Shown here: in pieces, positions 49,147 to 62,610 of the stretch
Numbering within the stretch: position 1 is the first letter of the stretch
Layout of the letters: every line of letters starts with the position of its first letter
Origin: Hydrolagus affinis
Taxonomy: Eukaryota
Assembly: GCA_012026655.1 (NCBI GenBank)
Contig: JAAILG010000133.1
Span: 1 to 64,000 of the forward strand
Reading direction: 5' to 3'
DNA: 64,000 nt
Made by a program: the position numbers and the translations under genes
Notes under the pieces: model-generated
Told to the model about the DNA's origin: nothing
Database searches by the model: none
Seen by the model: only the letters and a program-made list of their open reading frames with translations

Positions 49147-49829
49147 CATTCCACAATGGTTACCTGAAATGGGAACCAAACACACAGAGGTGGTAGATAA
49201 TGTGCTGACCTCCCACGCTGTGGGAGTGCAACTACAAATTAATTTTATTCATACCCTAACGCTGAGATTCTCTCCTCTGTGCAGGTTGAATCTGTGAGCA
49301 CCATGGGGCTGTTTGGAAATCACGACGCTTCACTTCTCTGCATGCAGCACAGTCTATCCAATCGGCCAAGGCAGTTAATTAAAATTCTGCCCCGGTGCTT
49401 ACGAAAGTTGCCTTTTTTTTTGTATGCAACTTCCTTGTCGACTTCATCCAATTAAGCCTCTCACCTCTGTGTGACTAATAGCTGTGAGAAGCAGTCTTCA
49501 GTCTTCAGTCTCGGCGCATGTGGGAGTCCTCCCAGGGCTGACCCTCTCAGATTAATAAATAAATTAAAACCCAATCAACTGCAGAGCAATTCTTTAATTA
49601 ACCACACATAAAGCTGGTGTAGTTTACTCACAGCGCCATGCATTTATTATATGTAAAAATAATAGTAAATAATTCACAGATAGTAAATGAGGTAGGACTT
49701 AATAATCATCCACTGAGGTCCCGGTCCGTGGGAGACAGCCTCTTCCTCACAAGGCATTAGTTGATGCGTAAATGGTTTTGCCCACAGTTATAACATCTAC
49801 AGTAGCTTCTCACGAGTTAACAAACATTT

Positions 49830-50162
49830 ATAATAATAATAATCCTTGCACTTGCGATTATATCAGAAGGACGTCTCAAAGTACTTCACAGAACTTACTG
49901 TAAAGTGTAATGTTTCTGAGCGTAGCCTTCTAGACGTAGTGATACAGGCGGGTGTAATGAGGGTCTGAAGAAAGTGAACTAAAAATGTCGATCATGGTAA
50001 ATTGTCTCTAAATCATATGACTGAATTCCACCTTTTCATAATAATAATAATAATAATGATGCTTTGATAAAGTGCCTTATCATACTTTTGAGGCATCTCA
50101 AAAAGCTTCACAGAATATATTGCACTGTGAATTAATTGACTGTACAGTATTTATATGGGCAA
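49830..50162 (-). mobile_element. Two SINE 3'-tail fragments (49830-49908, 50038-50162)
   Basis: Each has (TAA)n followed by RTCTCAAA..CTTCACAGAA, and the second continues into AATTGACTGTA. Confidence 0.75.
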
Positions 50163-51006
50163 TGATTCCAGTCTGCTGAATCGGGGAGTTCAATAGTTGT
50201 GACTCTCCAGTCGATTCCTGGGTTAAAGAGAGGGAATGTCTCCCAGGACTCCCCCCCCCACCCCCACAGCGTGGGGAGCACCAGTGATCTGACTGTGACT
50301 CCTGCATACACTGGATCCAATTCTCCCTGAAATGGCTTCCTCTGTGACCGACTGCATCTCAGTGTTATCATTCACCTTTTCAAAGGAAACCGAGCTTTTC
50401 CCTTCCTCAACAAAGCAGCGGGGAACAAGAGCACGTTAAAACAATTGCTTTTATGATTTTTAGATTCCGAAGCTACCTCACTGCTGAGCTCCCAGCTGCT
50501 CAGGGCCCCCTGATGTGCAGTGGCTGACAGCGCTGAATGTAAACTGAGAGCTTCAATAAAAAGGAAGGTCTGGAATGTAATAGAAACGCCAACTTCTGAT
50601 CCATCTGAATTGGTAGCGCTTGAGAGATTGGACATGATTGTTTACATTCTAAATTCTTTTAAGTACATTATAAAGCATTGAAGCAGAAATGTGACACTAC
50701 TGAATTAGTTACCATGTACAGGTGTTGGCAGCCAGCCAAGGCACTACACACTCCTGGGAGGGCTGTTGTTGCTTTATAAATTTGTAAAACTTTGTGTTGT
50801 CTGGCGCTGGATAGAAATGAATGCAACATTAAAAAGGTTAATAGCCACTGACACTGAGTCACAACAGGGAAACATCGAAAGTGTTGAAATGGCAGGGACA
50901 CCTTAATGTAGTCGGTGAGTTTTCAAAAGCAGCAATGGCTCTAGTTTAATTCTGACATGCGAATGCCCAGAACTAATTGGCTGTGTATCTTGTGCACCAG
51001 GTTTTA

Positions 51007-51104
51007 CCCATAAAATACACAATACAAATCCTTTTTATAGTATATTCTGTGAAGCGCTTTCAGACATCTCAGCGACGTGATAAGGCGCTATATCAAACGC
51101 AAGG
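51007..51104 (+). mobile_element. SINE 3' fragment
   Basis: TAGTATATTCTGTGAAGCGCTTTCAGACATCTCAGCGACGTGATAAGGCGCTATATCAAACGCAAGG. Confidence 0.85.
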
Positions 51105-53310
51105 TCCATAAAATCCTCAGCCTCTGTAGTCACTCTTTGGGCATGGGGGGAGTGGGGTCTCTTGCTAAATCCCCTACACTAATTCATTCATTGTGTACAG
51201 GAGCCTCACAGATTATCTACCGGATGTACAGTATAATGTGTAACAGCATCTGTATGGAATGAGGTTTGCCTTGAGTCTGCCAATATACAACTCGCTTAAC
51301 CCCAGTTGGAAATGGAAATGATATTGCTGCGTCTCCTCTCTCTCACTCACTCACTCACTCACTCACTCGTCTCCGGATTCTCCCCACCCCCCCCCACCCC
51401 CAACCCCTGCCCGGTCTATTGTCAAACATAACGAGATATTAAAAATTAAAAAAAACTTCCAATGGCATAAAGTGCCATTTCCAAAGCTGTGTCTCTGAAA
51501 TCCATCAGTTGCCACGCTGTGAGCACATGCAGACAGTAAGTGCAGGTAGTACGTGTCTGTCTGTATGTCTCTTGCTCTTTCACTCATGTCTGGTTTGGTT
51601 TTGGCCACGTGCCAGAAGTTTTAAGTCCAAAGGATCCCCGAAGCTCCTTCTTGTCTGTTCTCTTACATATATTTCCTTGCCAGCAAATCTTACAAGACTT
51701 TGCCAGGCCGCGATGATATTAGTGCTGGCATCTACCACAGACTGTGTGTCAGTTTCCATGATCACCAATCATAACACAGCAGCTCAGATTCAACCCCGGA
51801 GGGGTTGCTATGCAGTGTCGTCTCACCAAAAGACAGTTTCTTCTTGTTCTTTTATTGCTTTGTTGTCCTCCAGCTGTTCAGAACCGGTGATAGTGTAAAA
51901 GGTGGTACAATCACAAGACACTTGGCCTGTCCCAGCCACCATGGGGGCTGTTAGGAGAGGATGCAGCAAACTGGATTGGCCTAGGACCAGGTTCTGAACT
52001 CTTGTTGAACGTGAATAAACCTCCTGGGAAGTTGGGGGGGTAGGGAATTGGGGTACTATAGGTGTTCGGAGAGAAGAGACAACTGATCGAGAGCAAGCCC
52101 TCTTGCTCATTGTTCAGACTTGGGAGCAAAGGCCTTTCACATGATCGCATGAGCAGTTCACATGGCAAAGCTCTAATGCTCCTGATGGAATGCATGAAGG
52201 CCACTTATCACATCACTGAGAAGGTTTAGCTGTATTATACCTGCAGCACAAAGTCTTTGAGAATGTGCAGAGTCATTGTTGTGCGTTGGAAGCTGCTATT
52301 GGCTTCCACGCTGATTATTTATTTTCCGATCATCTCATTACTGATTCTCTGAGTCACCTCGGAGCAGGTTTGGCCCTGTGTTTGCAGTACCCTGGCTCCA
52401 AACTGATAAAGAGCCAGCAGCCTGGCATTTGCAAAGTGGGTTTTCATTTGCCAAGTAGGTTGGGATGTTAAATTCTTTCAGTAATTATGTTATGTCTCTC
52501 TTGTCAGTGGCAGCGAGGTATTGGCAGCATTAAATCTAGTGGCAAATGATTGAGAACCCCTTTCAGAAACCCAGCCCACTAAATACAAAGCAAATCTACC
52601 CCACAACCTTGTGTTAGAGACTACCAGTGACACCACTCCATCAAAGGGAATTTGCTTTGCCAAAGGCCCGGAGAGCCTGCCTTCAATTCCACTTAAGTAA
52701 GAAACACGCAGTGAGCAGTGCGTCAGCGGGTAACAGTCTCTGGGAATCATTGAGCCTAATTTAATGGTTTGAGTTGTGGTGGCGTGTTGCCAGGATTCAT
52801 CATGGGAAGACGTCTCTGGCGCCAGTGTTATTTGTATGGGGAGACAATCCCCACCTGCCTTCAATAAACTCATCTGTTACCTTCCCTATTCCTGGATTCC
52901 TGAAATGCAGACAGGAAAGTCTGACCTTCCTATAAACCTGTCATTGGAGGACATTCCGATTGGCATTTGCCATCAGCAGGAGTGACGCAGGTTGCAAACT
53001 CATTCAACAAAAACTGGCCCCCGTCCAATGCCTTTCACCTGGGGAACGCTTTACAGAAATAGAGTGGAAACTCCATGGCAGGTAAGATTGGGGAGAGAGT
53101 GGTTGGAGGGAGGTGACCAAAGGGTTGGCTGAAGAATTTGTGTTTTAGAAGGGTTCAGAATACAGAGAGGACATGAGGTGGAGAGAGTCCAGCTATCAGG
53201 GGTGAAAGCTTGAATGTTAATCACAGGACAGAGGACTGTAGTTGTGTGCCAAGCTTTCGAGCAATGACATGAATCTAAACAGCTTGAATATTTAAAGGGC
53301 AATATTGGAC

Positions 53311-53422
53311 ATAATAATAATAATCCTTGCATTTGATATAGCGCTTTTCACATCTTATTGACGTCTCAAAGCGCTTCACAGAATATACTGTAAAGTGAAT
53401 TGACTGTATATTTGTGGGCGAA
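53311..53422 (-). mobile_element. SINE 3' half (well preserved)
   Basis: A close reverse match to 45345-45458. Confidence 0.92.
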
Positions 53423-54129
53423 CATATCGTGAACCTTCTTTCCATCCATATTGAGATGTAAAACACATTTTTAGGAATATAGGATTTCTGGAATCTGCCA
53501 ACCTTTTTCTTTTACTCAGTGAGCGAACACCCTGCAGTGGTTTCTGGCGCTGCCCGACACAAAGGTAACTGCTCATCTGACCAGAACTGATCTGAACACT
53601 CACTGATTGCCTCCTGCTCACTAACCCATCTAACCGCTCATTCTCTTCCCAATGTTCTGATGTTGGGTCAATGCTAAAGCTTCTCACATTGCCCTGAGTC
53701 TGATTCCAGCTGCCTAGCCGTCTCTTCCCAATGGCTTTCCTCTGATTCTGCTCCTCAGGGTACAAATCAGTAGTGATACGTGCTCAGCTTTCTCTTATAC
53801 ATGAAAGTGGCTGTCTCTCCCAGTGCCTGGAGATTTCCTCTTTGCTGTGAAATCTGAACGATTGTGCTATTAAACTTCTCATGCGGTTCACTCTTGTGTC
53901 TCATTGGATATCCAATTGATCTTTGTAAATCACCAGACAGTATCCAGTATCTGCCAGCGGATGAGTGCGGTGATCAGATGATCTGAGCCTCAATTACTTC
54001 CAGTCCCTTCACACAGAGGTTGTTTCAGCCCGAGCACATTTCCTTACCTCTTACTTTATCTCCATTCTCTTTGTGTTTGGTTCAGTTGTTTTAACCTTAA
54101 AACTTTAAGCTTGTTACATTTTCACTCAT

Positions 54130-54385
54130 CTACCATTTGGCCTAGGAAGCTCTTGTTGAGGCTCTCCCACTGTCTCCCAAATTCCCTTTGTCATGGCCTT
54201 TTCCTCTTAGCTTTCAAAACCCTCTACAGAGCTACCTGTTTGACAAGCGCATTCAGCCAACTCAGTGTGTCCACCCAGTCCGGTGTGTCCCTCCCTGCTT
54301 GTGTTTGTTCTCTGTCTCTGTGAAGCACTTGGAGATATTATTCTGTGTAAAAGTTGATGCTAATTGCCGGTTGGTGTTGTTGTTG
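54130..54385 (+). mobile_element. L2 LINE 3' end, decayed
   Basis: FKTL..YLFD-like ORF2 end with the tail GTGAAGCACTTGGAGAT..TGCTAATTG..GTTGTTG. Confidence 0.65.
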
Positions 54386-55504
54386 GGATGGCTAACTCCT
54401 CCCAAAAAGCAACAGGAGAGGTGGTGATGGGGTGTGAGGGGTGGGTGGTGGCTTGAAACAGAAAACTAACAGCATTGTTCACTCACAGGGAATCCAGTGA
54501 AAAAAAGAGAGAGGACAAGAGAGCAGGGAGGTGATGGGGGCGACAGGTAAATATTACAGCAGTTCATAACACATTCCTTTGCTAATTCTCACAAGGAAAA
54601 GATTACGAGATGTCACAAACTTTATCCCGTAATATTTAATCTTCCAATAATAATCTTTACAGCAGCCATAATGTGGAAATGTCTCAAAGCGCCTCACAAT
54701 GAAATGCCATGAAGTGTAGTAACTGTGTGTTTACTATATGCCATTATTTGCTCTGCAAGCTTGAGCTCATTCACAAATTGATTTATTTTATCCTAAACTG
54801 TATGTCCCTTTTTCACTTAAGTTTCTGTGGAGAAACACAGTATCATGGATTTTCTGCTTTATGTAACCGTTCCATTGTCATTGTCATTTTGCTGCCTCTG
54901 TTTCTAAGCCTGAAATTCATCTGAACGTCAGTAATAATTTATATCGCCAACTCTGTCAGATCAACAGCTTGGACCCCAGCAGCAAGCCCAGGGCTCCTTA
55001 AACCTTGCTCTATGCTGCATCCTTTGATTCATGGAAGAATAAAATCAAGGTGTTGCTGGAAATAGACTTGCAATCTTCTGACAGCTTTGGAAGATGTAGT
55101 GTCGTGATGGAGGGGGAAGGATTGCAAATGCTATCGCAGAACTGTCAGCTTCAATGACATCAGTGTCTGTCAGAACAAAGCCAATCTTCTTTTCATATGT
55201 CTTTGTCTGAATTATCGCTTAGTGCTTTGATAAATTGTCTGGGAAATTTTTCAAAGCTGCCATACCTGATTACAAGATGTAGAGATTTTTTTTCTTTTGT
55301 TGGGTTCCCTGCCCAGGCAGCTCCACCCAGTCCCTGACAAACTGTTACCATCAGGGCACGAGTTGAAGGAAAGGACGAAGGTTAGGGATCAGTGTGGGTC
55401 GGGCTTCTTGCTGCAAATAAAGAGAAATGGCTATTAGATACCTGCATTAAAATGTACATTGAAACGTGCAAACGTGTAGATGTTAGTCACTCAGCACACC
55501 ATCA

Positions 55505-55574
55505 GCCCCTTGGGACATCCTCCCCACATGAAAGTCGCTCTATAAATGTAATTTTGTTATTATTTTGTTGTTGT
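55505..55574 (+). mobile_element. L2 tail-only insertion
   Basis: TTGGGACATCCTCCCCACATGAAAGTCGCTCTATAAATGTAATTTTGTT. Confidence 0.8.
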
Positions 55575-56723
55575 TCATCACACTCCACTGAGGCTGATCA
55601 TAAAGATCACAGGAGGCTTGAGAGGCACTTGCTATATGATGGGTTTGGTTTATCTTCTACATTTATGATCTTGGTAGGAAATGATTCTCAATGTGTAACT
55701 CTCAGTAGCAGTTTGGTTTGGAGACCCCTTTAGCATGGTATATGTCAGACACCTGGCCATCTATCTTAATCCCAATTCACATCAGCTCAGCAGCCTTTTG
55801 TTTCCCTGCTCCTAAGGGGCCCGGCCTAATTCCCTTTAAAATACTCCAGGTTTGAAGGATTTTTGTTCAGAAAACAAATTACTGGAACGCTTTGCATGAT
55901 CCTAAAAAATGACTGGATCCAAACGATTAAATATAATTTTTTTTAAAGTCTATTTTATATAGTAATTTCATTCTCTGAAACAAAGAAGCTAAACCACTGG
56001 AGATGAGATGGAGCAGATGCTAATTTGCTTTTTAAAAAAAACCTCTTTGAATGTGAACTTGTTTTATTGAAGCGGGAGATGAAAGAGCAGCCTGCCAGTC
56101 TACATTATTCCATGCTTTCTTCTGCTGAATTGCACACTACCAGTAATGCTGCTGGGGGCCTTAATGTCCTGATTCTCTATTCCTTTTGCTTCATTATCCA
56201 ACATCCCAGGAGAGCCTCCAGGGAGATGTGCTACAAGAATTGGCTTTCATTCTCAATCTGTAAGCCCTCCAGCTGTCGACCTCATGCCATGGTAAATAAC
56301 AAGATGCAAACCGTCTTGTCTTTGAGTTCAGTATCCATAACGATCACTTCTCCATGGCCTTCATTAGGTCAGAGGAAACCTGATAACTCAGCTCAGGGTA
56401 CGCAGTGGAAAGGATATTACCACAGTCCATGTGCCAATGTATTCATCAAACCAGTTTATTACAGAATATAAAGCATTACACTATCTGGGCCAAAATAGGA
56501 AGCATTGACCTTTTAACTGCTGTACAAGCCAGCAATTTATAACCCATTTACATTGGCGTCTTTAATTTAGTTAATTAGAACTGACTACATGGACCACAGT
56601 TGTTCAGTCTCTATGAATCTGCTGTAGTATAGGAGATACTAACTGGAAAAACAAACTCAACCTGGAATAATCCTAATAGATACAGATCAGGAGACAACAG
56701 AACCACACCTTCAGGTACGCAGG

Positions 56724-56915
56724 ACAAAAACACAGCGCCTTTCATGTCGAAAGGACGTCCCAAGGCTCTGCACAATCAGGGATTGTACCCCAGCAGGGGG
56801 TTGGGATCAGGAGGGGTGGAAGGGAAGGGAGGGTGGAGGTAAGAGGGTGACCGAAGAGGTGGGTCTTGAAACATGCCTTGAAGAAGGCAGGAAGGCGAAG
56901 GGACTGGAGAAGCAA
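56724..56915 (-). mobile_element. L2 LINE 3' end
   Basis: The minus strand encodes PAFFKACFKTHLFGH. The tail appears as AGCGCCTTTCATGTCGAAAGGACGTCCCAAGGC on the plus strand. Confidence 0.85.
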
Positions 56916-59029
56916 GAGGGCGTAAACTGTATTTCCTCTAATCTGGAAGGAGTGATTGGGTAAGGACAGGATTAAGGTCCCACCATAATGCACCCCCCCA
57001 CCCACCCCCTCCCGCAGTTGGAACCCACTAGGACTGAAGATGTGTTGAAAGCGCAATTGTGCCATAATATCGACAGTGAGAGGATATGATGAGGAAAGGA
57101 GAGAGGCAGATGACATCACACATCTGTGCTGTCTTGATGTTTTCTGAACCTGAAACATAAATCTCGTGCAAAAAACACCAGCAATTTGTGGGCATTGGTA
57201 GGGAATCCGATTGGGTAATTATAAATAAATAGCAGGCTTCCTGTCCGTTAATTCTAGTTGATTTCTTTTTGCTAAATAAACAGGCGCTGGGTTAGTCTCA
57301 GTGGAGAGAGGCTGTGTGGCAGGCCCTCCGGCAAAGAGAGAGCTGTAATAAAGCTTGATTGGTGACCGCCATCCGACCCACATCAGCCCCAATCTCACTT
57401 TCAATCAGTTTTGCTGATCAGCCGTCCAGCAAATACTGTAGCTCAGAGCTAGAGGTTTCCTGAACACTTTTACTGCCAATAAAAACATAACATATGATGC
57501 AGAAACACAAACAGAGTGACTTTATGAATGCCTTTATTCCCTGGGATGACTTCCTGGAGGTCAGTGCGATTTAATGAAGTACAGCAGTAACAAGATTGGT
57601 TTAAAAGGTATATAATTTCACATAGCAAGCACTTAAGAATTGATTTCATATTAAGATCATATCATTGCAGGCTTGTATATTAATGCTGAGCATTCATTGA
57701 TAGTGCTTCATTCAAATATCATTCTACTATTATATAGATACAATGTCTGGCCATCGATTCTGGTTGATTGTCTCCTCCCTTAACCCGCAAAACAATGGGC
57801 TACAATATGGGGAGTTCCTTAACGTGTTCATATATCACCATAATTAATGTTGTTTAGTGTGAGCTTACCATTCCTACCTTACACTAAACCCTGACTGACT
57901 AAGCTGTGTTAATGCCAACACTGTTTAAGAAAAGTCTAAAGGAAAGCCTCAAATTGTTCTACTATTTTTCACATTTCTAAAACAGAGACAGTTGGCAGCA
58001 AAGTCGCTACCTGTCACCTTGGGTCAAGTGTTGTTTACTTCGCTTCTCCTGCCTCCTCAGGACACAGTTAATATCTTGTAGATTTGTATAAGACAATTAT
58101 TTTCAAGGCCTTCAAGCCCCGGCTTCTCTTGCTTTATGTATAGGTCAGGCTGTAATGCTGGGGATCAGCATTGTTCCTCTCCCCTGTATTGTCTCCAGAC
58201 CACGATGCCCAGTAATGTCACAATGACTAGTCCTGTCCGCACTGCTCCAAGGCTCTGTATGGCCAGAGCTCAACACACAGGGATCTCAGCAGAACTGTTC
58301 AGGAAATGTGGCCATCACAGTAATGAACAGAGAGTGCACGCGATTGATTTGAGCATTATTTAAGTGTTCTTCCTTTTATCTCAATGACTTTTTATCTTAA
58401 TCCCTCGCTCGCGCCAGTCCCAAGATCTGAAATGATTGGATTTGGACAGTAATCTCAGGACACGAAAGCTATGTTTAGTGATAATGATAGATGCTGAACT
58501 TGTGCTGATGTAGTTCAGCAGCTCAGCGATTACACTGTCATGTCCGCACCTCGGCCACGACCTCTCCTTCTTAAAACAACATTTTATCAAATCAGTGGAA
58601 AACGAAGGATGACATTTTGCTTAATTTGTGTAAAGTTTGGTGTTTGCTGAGAAACAGAATCACTTTATCCAGGAAACGAATGAGTCACATCCCACGTTGT
58701 CCCCTGTCAACAATAGCATGAGAGATGCCGCTGTGCTTTTTGTCTGAGTGAATGCAAAACAAAGTCATTTTCCAAGCTTTTTTGTGTTGTTTCCCCCATT
58801 TGCTGGCACTAGTGATTGCTCCTTCCCTCCATCTGAAGCTCCATCTGGACTCTGCTGCCTCTCCACATCCAGGGAATTCAGCAGACGCCTTCAGATCAGA
58901 TTCTAAAAGAGAAATAAATAGCCTTGAAACGAGTCGCCTCCAAGGGGAGCTTTTGGAGAGATTGCACATAAGCTGTTTTACGGGTTAGAGAGATTAAACC
59001 CAGAACAATACTGCCAGGCAAGTCAAAGC

Positions 59030-59332
59030 AGCAGGACAAGAGGACACAGGTTCAGAGCGGGGGGAAGAAGCAATTTCAGAGCAAACACCAGGAAGTATTT
59101 CTTTATCCAGAGGGTAATTTAACAGCTGGAGAAACACCAATTTACATTGATAAAGCGCCTTTTACATCGAGAGAACGTCTCAAAGCACCTCCCACCACTA
59201 ACTGCTCTCTGGTACACTGCCCTGCGTGAGGGGTGCTATATAAATGCAAGTTGTTGTTGGCTGTGAGCCCGGACTTACCAGAGAGCTTGGTTGCGTTTAG
59301 CATGTGAAACTCATTTAACAAAACAAATCGAC
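59030..59332 (+). mobile_element. CR1 fragment interrupted by two divergently oriented L2 tails
   Basis: It encodes RTRGHRFR and FRANTRKYFFIQRVI, then resumes as GLPESLVA after a minus tail (59133-59188) and a plus tail (59203-59259). Confidence 0.8.
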
Positions 59333-60016
59333 TGGAACTTCTCCTGACAACTTACTGCCATCTGCTAATCAAACTACGTTGACACTGGCTTCCCGAATCC
59401 AGAGCATTAATGTATGCAGTGAACAGTGTGTGGAGACATCACTCTGCTCCTTGAGTGGGGGTACGGACAGAAAGAGAAGCAGAATTGACCTCAGTGCCCT
59501 GGGATATGGAAGGTTTCTGGCCTAAGATTCCAGATTCCTCATGGACTTAGCCTTTACATGTAAGATGTGTGCATTTAGTCCTAGGGCAACAACAAGGCTG
59601 CACATTCCGTCAAGCACCATGAGGTACGGACAGCATAAGGCCGGCATATCATGGGTCGTGGCTTTGGCACTTTCCTGTAAAGAGAGACTAATGAGTACCA
59701 GGAAATTATTACAAGGCGGGAATTCAATCAGGCAGTTCAGATGGTTTATATCAAGAGTAATGGATCTCTGGCAGTGATTAGGAGACTGCAATGTAATCTG
59801 CACTTCGGATGGTTTGTACAGTGAATAATGGTTACGTGGGAGTGATTCCAAGGATGTAATCTCATTTAGACGTGGAGAGCATGGCATAGCTGAAAGAGGT
59901 AGTGCGGAGGAGTGAGGGCAGGATTCATCAGAGTTCCTATTCCTGGCTGTTGGCCACAGGCCAGGACTGAAAACTGTGCGTGCGGACATTCACCAAGCGT
60001 GGCACTGAGCGAGGCA

Positions 60017-60412
60017 AATAATAATAATAATCTTTGCATTTGATATAGTGCCTGTCACATCGGGGAGGATGGATCAAAGCGTTACACATGATTTACTGTA
60101 AATTGTAGGCATCCAATTTGTGCTTAGCAATTTCCCACAAGCAGCCATGAAATGAGTGGCCAGAACACAGGAGAAACTCCCTTCTCTTCTCAAATACAGT
60201 ACTACTACAATGTCCTCCCGAACAGGCAACAAAGACGCTCTCTAAATTGTTAGAGAATTTAGAGAACGTCTTTCACATACTGTAAGGAGGACATCCCAAG
60301 GCACTGAACATTCAGGTGTCGAGACCCGAGCATGAAGGAGGGTTGAGGGGAGGCAGAGAGGTGGAAGGACATCCAAAGGCACATCTTTCTTTCTGACTCA
60401 GAGGCAAGAGTG
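60017..60412 (-). mobile_element. Deu-domain SINE interrupted by a palindrome and an L2 3' piece
   Basis: SINE tail and body at 60017-60228 and head remnant TTCTGACTCAGAGGCAAGAGTG at 60391-60412. An L2 tail lies at ~60271-60378. Confidence 0.7.
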
Positions 60413-60732
60413 AAGATAGCATTGAGTCAGGATGGCATGGAGCTTGTGATTCTTCATCTATCCTATTGCATATCATGCTGATAGGTTTCTGGCCTAAAAC
60501 AGGCCAGAAACATTAAACATTATATAAAACAGGCTGGCCAGTCTGGATTCCAGATAGCTTAGTTTTATAGCAGTATGAGCGATTGACACCTGTAGTGAGT
60601 GATTGATTGGACAGTGAGGGAGGGAGGGAGGGAGTGAGCGAGCGATTGATCAGCCAGATTGTGTTGGGAGCTTGGAAACCAAAGGTCAGCTGGGCTTTCC
60701 ATGAAGACTTCCACACGTCAGCATTCTCTAGT

Positions 60733-60783
60733 TACAACAACAACAACATTACAGCAACTTTCACGTCAGGAGGACGTCCCAAA
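60733..60783 (-). mobile_element. L2 tail-only insertion
   Basis: (CAA)n..CTTTCACGTCAGGAGGACGTCCCAA. Confidence 0.8.
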
Positions 60784-62559
60784 TCAGTTTAGCAATTGTC
60801 TCACATTGAATCACCCCCCAATACACTCCATTCCCTCCCCAACCTCCCCCTCCTCACTCCACTCCCTACCCCTTTTCTTCCCCGCCTCACCACCCAACCT
60901 TTACTTTTCCAATAAAATCACAGAATCCTTAATGGCAGATAGGACCAGTATTACACAGGAGTATAAGCCTGAAATGAGATTTAACCAAACAAAATATGAT
61001 CATGTCAAATCTATTAAAAGAGATTGGCCTTTTTACCCACTGGGAACACATCAGAGAAAGTTATAGAATTAGTCTGGGTCTTGTCAACTTGCTGCAAATT
61101 TTGCACTTGTCTTTCCGCGTGCCCAGGCACAGCTCCAATCAACACAGCTTCAATACAGCAAGATTGGTTCTGTTTTACTGCATTCCCTTTACCCTGTGCT
61201 GTAATTACTTCCATCAGCGCTTTAATTCAATCAATAAGCCTGAGAGACAACGGGGGAATTAATGCCTGGTTTGTGAAGTGAGTCCCCAGAAACTAGTTGA
61301 AAACCAGACGAGCTGTGCAAGGCAACTTTCATGTGGCTGCTCAATGCTGAACCTTGCTTTTACCTCCTTCATTGACAACACAGCCATCAGTCAGCTAAAT
61401 AGTGCCGGGATGTTTTACTGAAAATCACCTATCTGCACGGCCCCAAACCTGATCTCGAGCCCCACAATAACTCAATTGCCAAACTTGGAATTGAAGACCA
61501 CACAATGTCATTGTGAGAGGCAACCAGGCTCTAGGCCTTTTGTAATTGCAAACAGACACTATTGAGATATCTGACACCTGAGACACCGATCGCTCTGTGC
61601 AAGTACGACAATACCCTGTATTTACACATTACCATTCACACTGTATCAAAGCAAAGATTGTTATTATGCTGCTCACGATATTCCTTCCTGTTGTTAAGAA
61701 CATGATAAAACCATTAATAAAATATTATGTAAATTTCCCTAAAGCCAGTGTTTCTCGTCCAGCAAGGCATCATTTGAGGGGCTGACACCAGCTTTTCCTG
61801 GGTGGTTTTATTTATTAGTATTATTATTATAATCCTGTGAAAATCTTGGAGCCTCCTCTGTAACACAAGCGCTGTTTATTCTATACTGTATAAGGTGCCC
61901 TCAGTAATGTACTGTTCCTACAGATCTCAAGGACAATGTCACAGGAAATCTGGGCTGCAGCTTAATGTCTCTGGCCGTTTGTTCATGAATATAAAAACAG
62001 ACTTATTCCTGGATACACACTGTCATCTTGTGGTACAAGGGCAGAACAGCATGTCGATGGAGGTCTAAAACATGAACTATTTCTTCCCATTGGAATTTCG
62101 CAGGAATACCAGTACCCTAGGGATTGTACCAGAGTGCAAATATTAATTGCAGTTTTTATTAGTTTTTATAATTCCTTTTGATGGAATCTGTGTTACAAGA
62201 AATTGGTGTTGGAGATCCCATTTGGTAGTCATTTGGGTTGTGTTGAATTCACCTTGACTGCTAAGAAAGTCATTTCACCTGAACCAAACGGCCGGTCTCA
62301 TTATAATTAATAACAGCCTGTGTGTGTGGAACACAGGGGCTATTACTGTTTCCCAGCGCTTGCTGTAGAGCATATATTGTCTGTAAATATTCACTGATTG
62401 AGTGTCTGACACATGTGGAAACTCATCACTGTGTGTAAGATCACAAACCAAACCACTGGGAGTTCCACATTCGTAAGGAAGCTTCTGATAGTCTTAACTG
62501 ACCCTTGTATCTCCCATTCAGATATTCCAATTGATCTGCCTGTCCAGCCTTTGTGTGCT

Positions 62560-62610
62560 GACATCCTCCCGATGTGAAAGGCTCTCTACAATTGTAATTT
62601 TGTTGTTGTT
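62560..62610 (+). mobile_element. L2 tail-only insertion
   Basis: GACATCCTCCCGATGTGAAAGGCTCTCTACAATTGTAATTTTGTTGTTGTT. Confidence 0.8.

Noticed and set aside
51382-51407. C-run tracts with G4 potential (also 21838-21856, 23637-23655, 56993-57013)
   Set aside because: Common low-complexity runs with no supporting context.
59522-59989. 155-aa minus-strand ORF
   Set aside because: No recognisable motif or splice context, so it is compatible with chance. A BLASTP or RNA-seq check would be needed to revive it.
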